From: a bacterium
GTDB lineage: Bacteria; Patescibacteriota; Minisyncoccia; Phycocordibacterales; UBA5272
Length of the DNA: 64,000 nt
Reading direction: 5' to 3'
Assembly (NCBI GenBank): GCA_027482685.1
Contig: JAIXVU010000002.1
Coordinates: 19,352-83,351 of the forward strand
Under the pieces are notes generated by a model. It saw only the letters and a list, made by a program, of their open reading frames with translations. It did not search any database and had not been told where the DNA came from. The translations under genes were made by a program, and so were the position numbers. Below are positions 28,681 to 37,889 of the stretch, piece by piece (the first letter of the stretch is position 1; the number at the start of each line of letters is the position of its first letter).

Positions 28681-29041
28681 ATGACTCGCAGCAGCTTCGA
28701 TGATGTGCACCTTGAAACAGATGCACATTTCAACGATCTTGGGCCACAAGGAGAAAAGGCTCTCGGTTTGGTGGTAGGGTTGATGCCTCACTTCGGTGCC
28801 GGCCACCCTGACCTTCTCCGCAAGAGAATGCTCTTTCGAACTCTTGGTGCTCAGTCTGGCCACTCAAGATCCCTTGAGGGGTGTTCTGACAAGCCATGAC
28901 CCGAAGTCACTTCCTTCGAAGGCGCTCTACTTCCTCGGCCTTTATAAGAGGGCTGTGGAATCGAATGTCGATGACATCGGAGTGCTGTGCGAAATAGTGA
29001 CCAAGGACGACGATAGGCTTCGCACTTATTTGTTTCGCTAG
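28681..29041 (+). pseudogene. GC-rich frameshifted ORF pair (foreign gene remnant)
   Basis: Two overlapping + ORFs in different frames (28681-28899, 28796-29041) within a high-GC segment; no recognisable domain; competing antisense ORFs (GC artefacts). Confidence 0.3.
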
Positions 29042-29186
29042 GCAACAAGTTGGTGCTTCATTGAGCAGTGCTTTACGGGCAGGTCGAAAGACCTGCTCGT
29101 TTTCTATTTCAAAACCTTCCCCCCTTTTCAACTACTCGCTAAACTTAATAATATACTCTAAAAATATATTTAATTTCTCATAATCT

Positions 29187-29216
29187 GGTTCGATGTGTAT
29201 CCTCGATTCCCCACCA
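29187..29216 (+). repeat. degenerate partial copy of the tRNA-Val 3' half (T-arm/acceptor)
   Basis: GGTTCGAtgtgtatCCTCgaTtCCCCACCA compared with tRNA-Val GGTTCGACTCCTCTATCGCCCACCA. Precedes direct repeat copy 2. Confidence 0.45.
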
Positions 29217-29257
29217 GATACAAAATGGCGAAGTCGTATGACTTCGAATTTTTTTAT

Positions 29258-29307
29258 TTGGCGGGCGATAAAAAAGACGCTTAGGCGTCTTTTTTGAGTA
29301 GTTGAAT
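29258..29307 (+). repeat. direct repeat copy 2 (see 28327-28376) including a terminator hairpin aaaagacgcttaggcgtctttttt
   Basis: See copy 1. Confidence 0.6.
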
Positions 29308-29350
29308 AAGAGACTCCTTTGTTATTAATTACAAGTGATATAATTAACAT

Positions 29351-30049
29351 ATGACCCAAAAAATCCCCGCACACGATAGATACCTCGCATCTCACTCGTG
29401 GCTCTCTACATACCATCTCTTTTCATTTGCTGATTATTTCGATCCAGATAATATGAACTTCGGAGCACTCCGAGTGTTCAATGATGATACGATAGATGGA
29501 CGAAGTGGATTCGGTCAGCATGGGCACAGAGATATGGAGATAGTGACTATCGTTTTAAGTGGTGAGTTAACTCATACAGACAGTATGGGTAACAGCGGGG
29601 TGATAAAGGCAGGAGAGGTACAGTATATGAGTGCAGGGATAGGCGTGATGCATAGTGAAGTAAATAATGGTGATGAACAGGTACACCTCTACCAAATATG
29701 GATAATGCCGAAAAGCAAAAATCTACAACCAAGTTATGGACAGAAAGATTTTACAGGCATTAAAGAGAAGAATATTCTTGTACCGGTTGTGTCAGATAAA
29801 CAGATTGGTCAGGCGATACAGATACAAGCGGATGCGACTATCTATCTAAGTGAGTTAGAGGCCAGTAAAAAGATTGCTTATGAGTTACAGAGTGGAAGAG
29901 GGTTGTTCGTATATGTTACAGAAGGAGCGATAATTATTAACGCAGCAGAGTTTGCAGCTGGTGACCAAGCGAGAATAGTTGATGAAAAAGAGATACAGAT
30001 GATAGGGAAGATGGATGCAAAGTTCGTTGCGATAGATGTCGTTGTATAG
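29351..30049 (+). CDS. pirin-family cupin protein
   Basis: 232 aa; GFGQHGHRDMEIVTIVLSGELTHTDSMGN...VQYMSAGIGVMHSE matches the pirin N-terminal cupin motifs. Confidence 0.8.
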   Translation: MTQKIPAHDRYLASHSWLSTYHLFSFADYFDPDNMNFGALRVFNDDTIDGRSGFGQHGHRDMEIVTIVLSGELTHTDSMGNSGVIKAGEVQYMSAGIGVMHSEVNNGDEQVHLYQIWIMPKSKNLQPSYGQKDFTGIKEKNILVPVVSDKQIGQAIQIQADATIYLSELEASKKIAYELQSGRGLFVYVTEGAIIINAAEFAAGDQARIVDEKEIQMIGKMDAKFVAIDVVV

Positions 30050-30093
30050 TAGAACGTGGTAGGTAGAAAGTAAACAGGGAATATGGATAATTA

Positions 30094-30120
30094 ACACGCG
30101 ACCCCGAAGGGGTCGCGTGT
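30094..30120. terminator. bidirectional GC hairpin (acacgcgaccc-cgaa-gggtcgcgtgt)
   Basis: Perfect 11-bp stem between convergent genes. Confidence 0.55.
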
Positions 30121-30151
30121 TCGCTTGTAACTATATACAATTTCAACCCTT

Positions 30152-30436
30152 CTACTTTCCACCGAGAATCTTCTTTCGTTTCTTGGTGTAGAAAAACCAC
30201 GGGGTAGGTGGTGCACCATTCATAAAATCTACCACCGCCATGAAGGTGTCTAATAGACATGGGTCATGACGAGTATTTGTTATACGACAGAGCTCGCTAT
30301 AAAGCTCAAATGGGTCACGACGGGAGAGTTCCTGCGGGTCTGTTATACCGAGAGTGGCGAAGTTTTTTGCAACTGCCTTTCCAACGTTTGGAATATCAGT
30401 AAACTTCTTGACCTCACTTACGTGCATGGCCTTCAT
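30152..30436 (-). CDS. helix-hairpin-helix DNA-binding domain protein
   Basis: 94 aa; FTDIPNVGKAVAKNFATLGITDPQEL is an HhH motif. Confidence 0.4.
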   Translation of the reverse strand: MKAMHVSEVKKFTDIPNVGKAVAKNFATLGITDPQELSRRDPFELYSELCRITNTRHDPCLLDTFMAVVDFMNGAPPTPWFFYTKKRKKILGGK

Positions 30437-30452
30437 GAGTTAAGTGTAGCAT

Positions 30453-31967
30453 TTACACTCCTCGTAGCACAGTAATCTTCGCACCGATACTGTTGAGACG
30501 TTCTGCAATATCAGCATATCCACGTTTGATAGAGTAGACATTGTGTAGCATGCTCGTACCTTCTGCTCCTAACATCGCAATTAATATAATAGCAGTTGGC
30601 CTAAGTGCTGGAGGGGATACAATCTGTGAGCCACGTAACTTAGATACACCTGTAACGAGCGCACGATGCGGATCAAGGAGTTTGATATCTGCTCCGAGAC
30701 GATTCAGTTCTGTGAAATATATTGCGCGGTTCTCCCATGTCCAATCGTGAATAAGAGTCTGACCCTCTGCAAAACATGCAATAGGAACGAAGAAGGGGAG
30801 ATTGTCGTTATTGATCCCTGGGAATGGCTGGGTATGTATCTTATCTGTTGGTGCTACAAGTTTAGACGGACTCACTGTTATATCCACGAGTTCTGTACGG
30901 CCATTCTTAGCGAAGTATTTCTTGGATAATTTATATTTGAGTCCCATGCGTTTTAGCTTCTCTAGCTCAAGTGTGAGGAACATAATAGGACATCTCATGA
31001 TAGTGAGTTTGGATTTTGTAACTATTGCAGCGGATAAGAAGAACATGCTCTCTATTGGGTCTTCACTATTATAGTGTTCAACATTTACATCAATATCTTT
31101 CTTGCCATGAACGGTAAGCGTAGTAGTTCCGATACCATCGATTCGCACCCCAAACCGTTCAAGTAAGAAACATACATCTTGTACTTGGTAGTTAGGCGGT
31201 GCAAACATGATAGTAGTTATACCTTCTATACGAGATGCTGCAATAATAGCCGTAATAGCGCCAGTATCTGATGACTCATAGAGAGGGATGGTACCAGCGT
31301 GTAACTTCTTGTGTGAAATAACGTAGTGGTCGGACTTGGTAACGATATTCACTCCTAGATATTCCAGAGCGTACTTGTGTGATGAGACAGTTCTCTCGCC
31401 CATCTTGCACCCGCCAGAGTGTGGGAGGTGGAATGTGTCAGTATTGTGAATGAATGCACCAACGAATGTAAAAGAGCGAATCTTCTCTGCAACAGCTTTA
31501 TTCATTTTTGAAAAAGCTAGTTTCTTCGGGGGTTTGATCTCAAGAGAAGTATCGTCGTTAATCCATTTTATCTTAACGCCTAGACTCTCAAGGAGTTCCT
31601 TGTATCTATAGACCTCTTCGATATGTGGAATGTCATGGAGAATAGTGGTGCCAGAGTTCACAAGTGCGGCTACCATCATGTTAATCGCTCCATTTTTGGA
31701 GGTGTTGGTTGTGATACTGCCTGATAACTTACGTCCACCTTCAACTTTGAAGTCAATAGTATCCTGGAGACTGATGATGTTATGTTTGAGAACATCACTC
31801 ATCTTGAGTAGTTGCTCAACTGTTACATTTTGGTTGCCAGACTCTACACGAGCGACAGCTGATTGTGAGGTCTTGAGTGAACGAGCAAAGTCTTCTTGGG
31901 TCATGCCACGTTCTTCACGGAGCTTTTTAATAAAAATACCTATTTTCTCTTGGTCATTTGGTGGCAT
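30453..31967 (-). CDS. murA: UDP-N-acetylglucosamine 1-carboxyvinyltransferase with N-terminal XRE-family HTH domain (HTH-MurA fusion)
   Basis: 504 aa; residues about 1-75 are an XRE HTH (MTQEDFARSLKTSQSAVARVESGNQNVTVEQLLKMSDVL). The remainder aligns to MurA (FKVEGGRKLSGSITTNTSKNGAINMMVAAL; LPHSGGCKMGERTVSSH with the catalytic Cys; C-terminal RGYADIAERLNSIGAKITVL). Confidence 0.75.
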   Translation of the reverse strand: MPPNDQEKIGIFIKKLREERGMTQEDFARSLKTSQSAVARVESGNQNVTVEQLLKMSDVLKHNIISLQDTIDFKVEGGRKLSGSITTNTSKNGAINMMVAALVNSGTTILHDIPHIEEVYRYKELLESLGVKIKWINDDTSLEIKPPKKLAFSKMNKAVAEKIRSFTFVGAFIHNTDTFHLPHSGGCKMGERTVSSHKYALEYLGVNIVTKSDHYVISHKKLHAGTIPLYESSDTGAITAIIAASRIEGITTIMFAPPNYQVQDVCFLLERFGVRIDGIGTTTLTVHGKKDIDVNVEHYNSEDPIESMFFLSAAIVTKSKLTIMRCPIMFLTLELEKLKRMGLKYKLSKKYFAKNGRTELVDITVSPSKLVAPTDKIHTQPFPGINNDNLPFFVPIACFAEGQTLIHDWTWENRAIYFTELNRLGADIKLLDPHRALVTGVSKLRGSQIVSPPALRPTAIILIAMLGAEGTSMLHNVYSIKRGYADIAERLNSIGAKITVLRGV

Positions 31968-32032
31968 GGAATGTCTCTATATTATAACTTGGTATGTATA
32001 TGGTGAGTATATCATATATGGTATATGTGAAA

Positions 32033-32123
32033 GTAATTAGTTATTAGTTTAGAAATACACAGACCGAAATTCCCAAAGGGGATTTCGGTCTGTACTAATT
32101 ACAAATTACTAATAACTAATTAC
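32033..32123. repeat. intergenic palindromic element: GC hairpin terminator (32060-32092) flanked by 16-bp perfect inverted A/T stop-rich arms (gtaattagttattagt ... actaataactaattac)
   Basis: Read directly; inner stem cagaccgaaat-tcccaaagggga-atttcggtctg. Confidence 0.6.
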
Positions 32124-33382
32124 AGTAATGAGTAGAAAAAGTAAACTGTAAGCGCTGACATGATGACAGTAATTGTTATACCAAACATATTACCTAGCTT
32201 GCCATTAACATTGTTACCCAGAATTTTTTTGTTATTAGCTATAAGTAGGATGAGTATCATAAGAGGAGGAGCGAGCAATCCGTTTAAGATAGCAGAATAG
32301 TAGAGCATGGCAATCGGGTTAACTCCAAATAAGTTAACAATTAACCCCACCACCATAGAGAGAATGATAATAACGTAAAAGCCACGAGCTTGAGAAAATG
32401 TTTTACTCAGTCCTTCTTTCCAACCAAAGGCTTCTGACACGGCATATGCCGCAGATCCTGCAAGAACAGGGACTGCTAGTAACCCTGTGCCAATAATTCC
32501 AAATGCAAAGAGTAAGAAAGCAAAGTCACCCGCAAGTGGACGGAGTGACTCGGCTACTTGTGCAGCGGAAGTGATTGAGGTAAGACCAGATGATCCAAGA
32601 GTACTTGCCGCTGTAATAATAATGAAGAATGTTACAAGGTTAGAAACGAACATGCCGATAGTTGTATCGATACGCATCTGTGATATATCGCTTATAGCAA
32701 CTTTGGGTGAGTTTGTATTGAAGTCTTGTACTTTTTTGTTAACTATTTCCTCCTCTACTTCTTCTCCGGTTTGCCAGAAGAAAAGATATGGAGATATCGT
32801 TGTACCAAGCATTGCAGTAATGTTCAATATAAATGCTGTATTCCATTCTATATGAGGCACTATCGCTGCATAGAGTATCTGTGTCCAGTTTTGGTTAATG
32901 GTAAATGCGGTGATGATATACGCAACTATAGTAAGTGCAAGATATTTGAGTATTGACACATATGTCTTGTAGGGGATATATACCACTGCAAGTATCGTAA
33001 AAAAAGTAAGCACACATACACATATAATGAACGAAACAGGAACAAGTAATTGAATCGCAGATGCCATTGCGCCTAAGTCTGCACCTATATTGATAGTGTT
33101 TGCAAAAACAAGTAGTGAGACAGCACCATAGAGAATAGGCTTGGCGTAGTTCTCTTGTATAAGTGTTGTTAACCCTTTACCTGTTATTGTGCCTATTCGA
33201 CCACACATTTCTTGTATTGCGAACATGAAAGGAAATGTGAACAGAGCAAGCCATAATTGCCCTAAACCAAATACAGCTCCAGTTTGTGCATATGTTGCGA
33301 TACCTGCTGGGTCATCATCTGCGACACCGGTGATAACACCAGGGCCGGCAGATTTTTTGATACGTTTGAGAAATGCGAACAT
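32120..33382 (-). CDS. mntH: NRAMP-family divalent metal (Mn2+/Fe2+) transporter
   Basis: 420 aa; GPGVITGVADDDPAGIATYAQTGAVFGLGQLW is the Nramp N-terminal consensus; about 11 TM helices. Confidence 0.8.
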   Translation of the reverse strand: MFAFLKRIKKSAGPGVITGVADDDPAGIATYAQTGAVFGLGQLWLALFTFPFMFAIQEMCGRIGTITGKGLTTLIQENYAKPILYGAVSLLVFANTINIGADLGAMASAIQLLVPVSFIICVCVLTFFTILAVVYIPYKTYVSILKYLALTIVAYIITAFTINQNWTQILYAAIVPHIEWNTAFILNITAMLGTTISPYLFFWQTGEEVEEEIVNKKVQDFNTNSPKVAISDISQMRIDTTIGMFVSNLVTFFIIITAASTLGSSGLTSITSAAQVAESLRPLAGDFAFLLFAFGIIGTGLLAVPVLAGSAAYAVSEAFGWKEGLSKTFSQARGFYVIIILSMVVGLIVNLFGVNPIAMLYYSAILNGLLAPPLMILILLIANNKKILGNNVNGKLGNMFGITITVIMSALTVYFFYSLL

Positions 33383-33455
33383 GATGTGAATAAGTATATC
33401 AAGTAATAGTTATTAGTAATTAGGTATTAGTAATTAGCAGGGGATACTATATTAT

Positions 33456-35207
33456 CTATATTTGATGAGCGACAAGATTTTGATATACAGAGTTTGACTG
33501 CATGAGTTCATCGTGAGTGCCTTCACCAACTACATGACCTTTATCCATCACGATAATTTTATCAGCATCACGTACTGTTGATAGGCGGTGGGCTATGATG
33601 ATAGTGGTCTTACCCTTTGATACATCACGGATGGCGTCCATTACACGAGCTTCATTTTCACTATCAAGCGAAGAGGTCGCCTCGTCAAAGATGAGTATTT
33701 CTGGATTTTTAATAATTGCTCTTGCTATACCAACACGTTGACGTTCACCGCCTGATAACTTAACCCCTCGTTCACCAACAAAAGTATCAAACCTCTTCTC
33801 TCCTAACCTATGATAAAACTTATCAATACGAGCAAGATGTGCAACTTCTTCTAATCTCTCGAGTGCGTGGGCACGGTCTCTGTCTTTTACTGCTATCATA
33901 ATATTCTCTCGAATAGTGTCATCCAGAAGATCTACATGTTGTTCTACATAGCCTATGTGTTCGCGTAGATACCCTGCATCAATAGTTCTTAACTCTACAT
34001 CACCAATTGTTATTGAGCCATCCTGATAATCATATGCACGAAGTAGTAGTTTAACTATTGTACTTTTACCTGAGCCAGAAGAGCCAACGAGTGCAGTTGT
34101 TTTGTTTTCGGGGATGGTAAATGAAAGGTTTGTAAATACAGGCGAGCCAGCTTTTTCATAGCTAAATGTTACATCAGAAAATACAATTGCATCTTTGAAT
34201 GGTATATTTTTTGTACCACTTTCATCAAAAGAGGGAGTCTTGTCGATTATAGAAAAATATCTCTCAGCATCTGCGTATGACTGAGGTATCTGTCTCATAA
34301 CTGATGAAAGCGCTCCAATATTCCAGTAGAGTCTATTGATAAGACTAAGAACAAGGTACACTGTTCCAATTGTATACGCATTTTCGAGATACAAGTATGA
34401 AGCAATTGCAAATGTTGCAACTACTGACATTTCTGTGAATAGATGTCGCCTTGAAGAATGCTTTGCGGATCTTCCTAGGGTTACAAGGTGATGATTAACA
34501 GCGCTTAAGCGCTTTCTGAGATATTCTTTTAGAAAATAGTCTTCACGATGAAGCAGTTTAACTGTCTGTAGATGTGTAAATGCTTCAGTCCTTTGTCTAC
34601 TTTGTTCATTCCAGTTGTCACGATTTTTTGTTACATAAACATGGTGGCTCTTTTGAAACAAAAATGACCAAACACTAATAGTTATAATGATACACGTACT
34701 GACTACCGCTAAGATAAAACTTTGAAGATACAGTGTCGCTACTGTAATAATCGCGAGTGTGATAGTTGGTAAAACTGTTGTAATTATTTTATTAATTATA
34801 TCTTGTATTGCTTGTTCTCCTTTTGCAACAACTGTTAATTTGAGCGCAGAATGGTCTTCGATATGTTGTGCTGGAGTGAGAGATAGAATTTTTTTATATG
34901 AAAATTCTTGTATATGCTGGAAAAGAGTTTGGTCTAGATTATTTTGAGTATTTCGTACCGCAATATAATCAATAAGCACATCAATTGCATATATGATTGC
35001 ATATGCTGTAAAAGCGTAGATAAGTAGCTCCACATTTTTTTCAACAAGAAAATTGAGTATTTTACTCTGACCATAAGCAATTGCTACGACGAAACCCTGA
35101 GCGAGGATGATCAATCCTAGTTGTAGATAGAAATATTTGTGAAAGGGTTTGAGGATATTCCAGAGACGCAAAACATTTTTTATATGGATAGACATGAAAT
35201 CTATCAT
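33456..35207 (-). CDS. ABC transporter, fused permease/ATP-binding (type I exporter, MsbA-like)
   Basis: 583 aa; 6 TM N-domain; Walker A GSSGSGKST, signature LSGGERQRVGIARA, Walker B ILIFDEATSSLD. Confidence 0.8.
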   Translation of the reverse strand: MIDFMSIHIKNVLRLWNILKPFHKYFYLQLGLIILAQGFVVAIAYGQSKILNFLVEKNVELLIYAFTAYAIIYAIDVLIDYIAVRNTQNNLDQTLFQHIQEFSYKKILSLTPAQHIEDHSALKLTVVAKGEQAIQDIINKIITTVLPTITLAIITVATLYLQSFILAVVSTCIIITISVWSFLFQKSHHVYVTKNRDNWNEQSRQRTEAFTHLQTVKLLHREDYFLKEYLRKRLSAVNHHLVTLGRSAKHSSRRHLFTEMSVVATFAIASYLYLENAYTIGTVYLVLSLINRLYWNIGALSSVMRQIPQSYADAERYFSIIDKTPSFDESGTKNIPFKDAIVFSDVTFSYEKAGSPVFTNLSFTIPENKTTALVGSSGSGKSTIVKLLLRAYDYQDGSITIGDVELRTIDAGYLREHIGYVEQHVDLLDDTIRENIMIAVKDRDRAHALERLEEVAHLARIDKFYHRLGEKRFDTFVGERGVKLSGGERQRVGIARAIIKNPEILIFDEATSSLDSENEARVMDAIRDVSKGKTTIIIAHRLSTVRDADKIIVMDKGHVVGEGTHDELMQSNSVYQNLVAHQI

Positions 35208-35280
35208 AACAGACCTTTACAATTTTTGTAAGTCTTGTTTTATGAGTGGTGGGTATGATACAATGTATACAAGAAAAAGA

Positions 35281-35315
35281 AAGAACGGCGCCATAGGCGC
35301 CGTTCTTTCTTTTTT
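35281..35315. terminator. GC hairpin terminator (aagaacggcgcc-atag-gcgccgttctt) with T-runs on both sides
   Basis: Perfect stem downstream of trxB. Confidence 0.55.
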
Positions 35316-35318
35316 ATA

Positions 35319-36239
35319 TTACGCGTGCAAATGCAAATAGATATCTTCAAGGGCCCGCACAGCGTCTCCCGCTGCGATGTTGTTCTGATGATAGAGTACA
35401 TCAGTACAGTCACCTGCTGACCAGATGCCTTTTACGGATGTCTCTTGGGTACGAGGATCAATCTTTATATTCTTACTCTCAGTCATATCAACTACTCCTT
35501 CTACGAAATGTGTAGCAGGGACTTGGCCAATCTCAACAAAGACAGCAGAAACAGGGAGCGTTACGTCTTCATTAGTATCAGTTTTGGTATACGTGATTGA
35601 ATCTACGAAAACACTACCTTTGATTTCTTTCGGCACAGCATTAGTTACGAGAGTAAAATGCTCTTTTTGTTTGAGCTTCTCTACCGTGATTGCATCTGCT
35701 CGTGGTTCGCTACGAGAAAGAAGGGTGACTGACTTACAATATGCGAGTAGTTGTGCAGCTGATTCGAATCCTGCATTTCCTCCACCAACGACTACAACAT
35801 CCATGCCAGAAAATAGTGGTCCGTCACATGATGCGCAATAGGTGATACCTTTGTTCTCGTAGACATCCGCTCCTGGGATATCTAATTTACGACGAGATGA
35901 TCCAGTTGAGATGAGGACAGTCTTACTAGAGTGAGTATCTCCGTTTTCAAGCGTGACAGTGAAGCTGCCATCAGAGCCTTCAACTTTGTTTACAAATAAT
36001 CCTTCGCTTATAGAGAGTATCTCACCTTTGTATTCTTCAACATGCGTCTTGAGAGATTTTGCGAGATTTGCACCGGATATATGTGGTGTACCTATCCAGT
36101 TCTGAATATCATCAGATACGGTAGATTGCCCGCCCCATTCTTTCACGATAAGTAATGTCTTTAGTTGTTTACGCGCGGCATACACTGCGGCTGATGTGCC
36201 TGCTGGTCCGCCTCCGATGATGATGAGATCGTAGTTCAT
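35319..36239 (-). CDS. trxB: thioredoxin-disulfide reductase
   Basis: 306 aa; IIIGGGPAGTSAAVYAAR FAD motif, redox CASCDG, second GGGNAG NADPH motif. Confidence 0.85.
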   Translation of the reverse strand: MNYDLIIIGGGPAGTSAAVYAARKQLKTLLIVKEWGGQSTVSDDIQNWIGTPHISGANLAKSLKTHVEEYKGEILSISEGLFVNKVEGSDGSFTVTLENGDTHSSKTVLISTGSSRRKLDIPGADVYENKGITYCASCDGPLFSGMDVVVVGGGNAGFESAAQLLAYCKSVTLLSRSEPRADAITVEKLKQKEHFTLVTNAVPKEIKGSVFVDSITYTKTDTNEDVTLPVSAVFVEIGQVPATHFVEGVVDMTESKNIKIDPRTQETSVKGIWSAGDCTDVLYHQNNIAAGDAVRALEDIYLHLHA

Positions 36240-36545
36240 GGTTAATAGTTAATGGTTAATAGTGAAGATATTGATGAGTATAGCATGCATGATAAAGTAC
36301 TAAGAAATATATATACAGTAAACGTTTGTTGATAAAATAAAAATAGAGGAGGTGGCATGGACTGATTGGAGAAGGAAAAAATAATTAAAAGCCGCATTGT
36401 TTGATGCGGCTTTTAATTATAAATATTTAGAAAATTATTTTAGATACGAGGCGAAACAAATTTTTATGAGGAGTTGTACTTAGATGTACAGTGACGAAAT
36501 AAAAATTTGTTTTAACGAAGTAGATGAAGTAATTTTATATTTTTT

Positions 36546-37790
36546 TTATTTTTTCCTTCTAAGGAATGGTGGCAACGCCTCCCAATCATCTTCTTCATCG
36601 CCGTCATCAGTAAACTTAAACCCGGTTTTCTTTACTTGTTCTTTATCAGCTTTTTTTACTGCATCAACGTCTATTTGGTTCATCTCTAGGTCAATACGCT
36701 TCTCTTCTTTTACAACTTGCATGATAGTCTCCTCTTTATCAATCTTAGGAGTTGTTAGAGGGGCTTCATCTCGACGTACTTCACTACGAGCTTCGCTAAT
36801 AGTAGACGGTGTTCCGTTAACGCGAGTAGAAAATCCAGTAGGGAATCCTGTGGCAATAACAGTTACCTTCACCTCATCTTTCTTGAGGGTGCTATCAGAT
36901 GCGATACCGAAGATTATCTTTGCATCCTTATCAACTGATTCGGTGATAATCTTTGCAGCTTCTTGGACTTCAAGCATCCCAAGATCTTCTGATCCGTAGA
37001 TTGCAAAGAGTACACCTTTAGCGCCGTGAATAGAGACATCAAGGAGAGGGGAATTGATTGCAGCTGATGCTGCTTCGCGTGCACGGTTCTCTCCCATGCC
37101 ACGGCCTACACCCATAAGAGCCGTTCCTGAGTCCTTGAGAATCCGTTTGATATCAGAAAAGTCTAAGTTGATGATACCTGGGTTACGAATGATATCTGAT
37201 ATGCCTTCTACGGCTTGCTTAAGTACTTCATCACAGAGTTCAAACGCTTGCTTTACTGAAGTGTTCTTATCGATAACAGAGAGTAGACGGTCGTTAGGGA
37301 TAACAATGAGCGCATCAACTTCCTTCTCTAGCTCCTCAAGACCTCTCTCTGCGAGTTTCATACGTGATGCTCCTTCGAAGAAAAATGGCTTAGTAACTAC
37401 AGCAACAGTCAAGATGCCTTCGTTCTTTGCAATAGATGCTACAACTGGGGCTGCGCCAGTACATGTTCCTCCACCCATTCCTCCTGCGATGAATACCATA
37501 TCAGCGCCTTTGATGACATCTTGGACTTCTTCGCGAGTTTCTTCAGCACTACGCTTGCCTACTTCTGGATCCATTCCCGCACCAAGACCTTTGGTAAGAT
37601 TTTTACCAATATGAATCTTCTTCTCAGCGAGTGAATGGTGAAGGTCTTGTGTATCTGTATTCATTGCAATAAACTCTACTCCTTGAAGTTTAGAATTGAT
37701 CATATGATTAAGTGCGCCTTTTCCTGATCCACCAATACCGATGACCTTAATGCGAGCGAAGCTTTCTATCTCTGGGTTTACTTTTGCCAT
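36546..37790 (-). CDS. ftsZ: cell division GTPase FtsZ
   Basis: 414 aa; GIGGSGKGALNHM and the tubulin signature AGGMGGGTCTGAAPVVA; long acidic/basic C-terminal tail. Confidence 0.9.
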   Translation of the reverse strand: MAKVNPEIESFARIKVIGIGGSGKGALNHMINSKLQGVEFIAMNTDTQDLHHSLAEKKIHIGKNLTKGLGAGMDPEVGKRSAEETREEVQDVIKGADMVFIAGGMGGGTCTGAAPVVASIAKNEGILTVAVVTKPFFFEGASRMKLAERGLEELEKEVDALIVIPNDRLLSVIDKNTSVKQAFELCDEVLKQAVEGISDIIRNPGIINLDFSDIKRILKDSGTALMGVGRGMGENRAREAASAAINSPLLDVSIHGAKGVLFAIYGSEDLGMLEVQEAAKIITESVDKDAKIIFGIASDSTLKKDEVKVTVIATGFPTGFSTRVNGTPSTISEARSEVRRDEAPLTTPKIDKEETIMQVVKEEKRIDLEMNQIDVDAVKKADKEQVKKTGFKFTDDGDEEDDWEALPPFLRRKK

Positions 37791-37889
37791 GAATAATATG
37801 AGTTACTGATATATAGTAACTATATCAACTATGAGAACATTTTGCAAAGAGACTTTTTTTAGTATAAATATACAAAAAACTCTTATAGA

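Noticed and set aside
28284-29312. Intact prophage or integrative element at tRNA-Val
   Set aside because: No integrase, capsid or replication genes; only about 0.9 kb with disrupted ORFs. Interpreted as a decayed remnant instead.
36484-37614. Long antisense ORFs inside ftsZ (36484-36999 +, 37054-37614 +), inside ddhC (7308-7736 +) and inside the adhesin gene (46280-46663 -)
   Set aside because: They are opposite well-supported conserved genes and have low-complexity Ser/Thr/Pro-rich translations typical of antisense frames.
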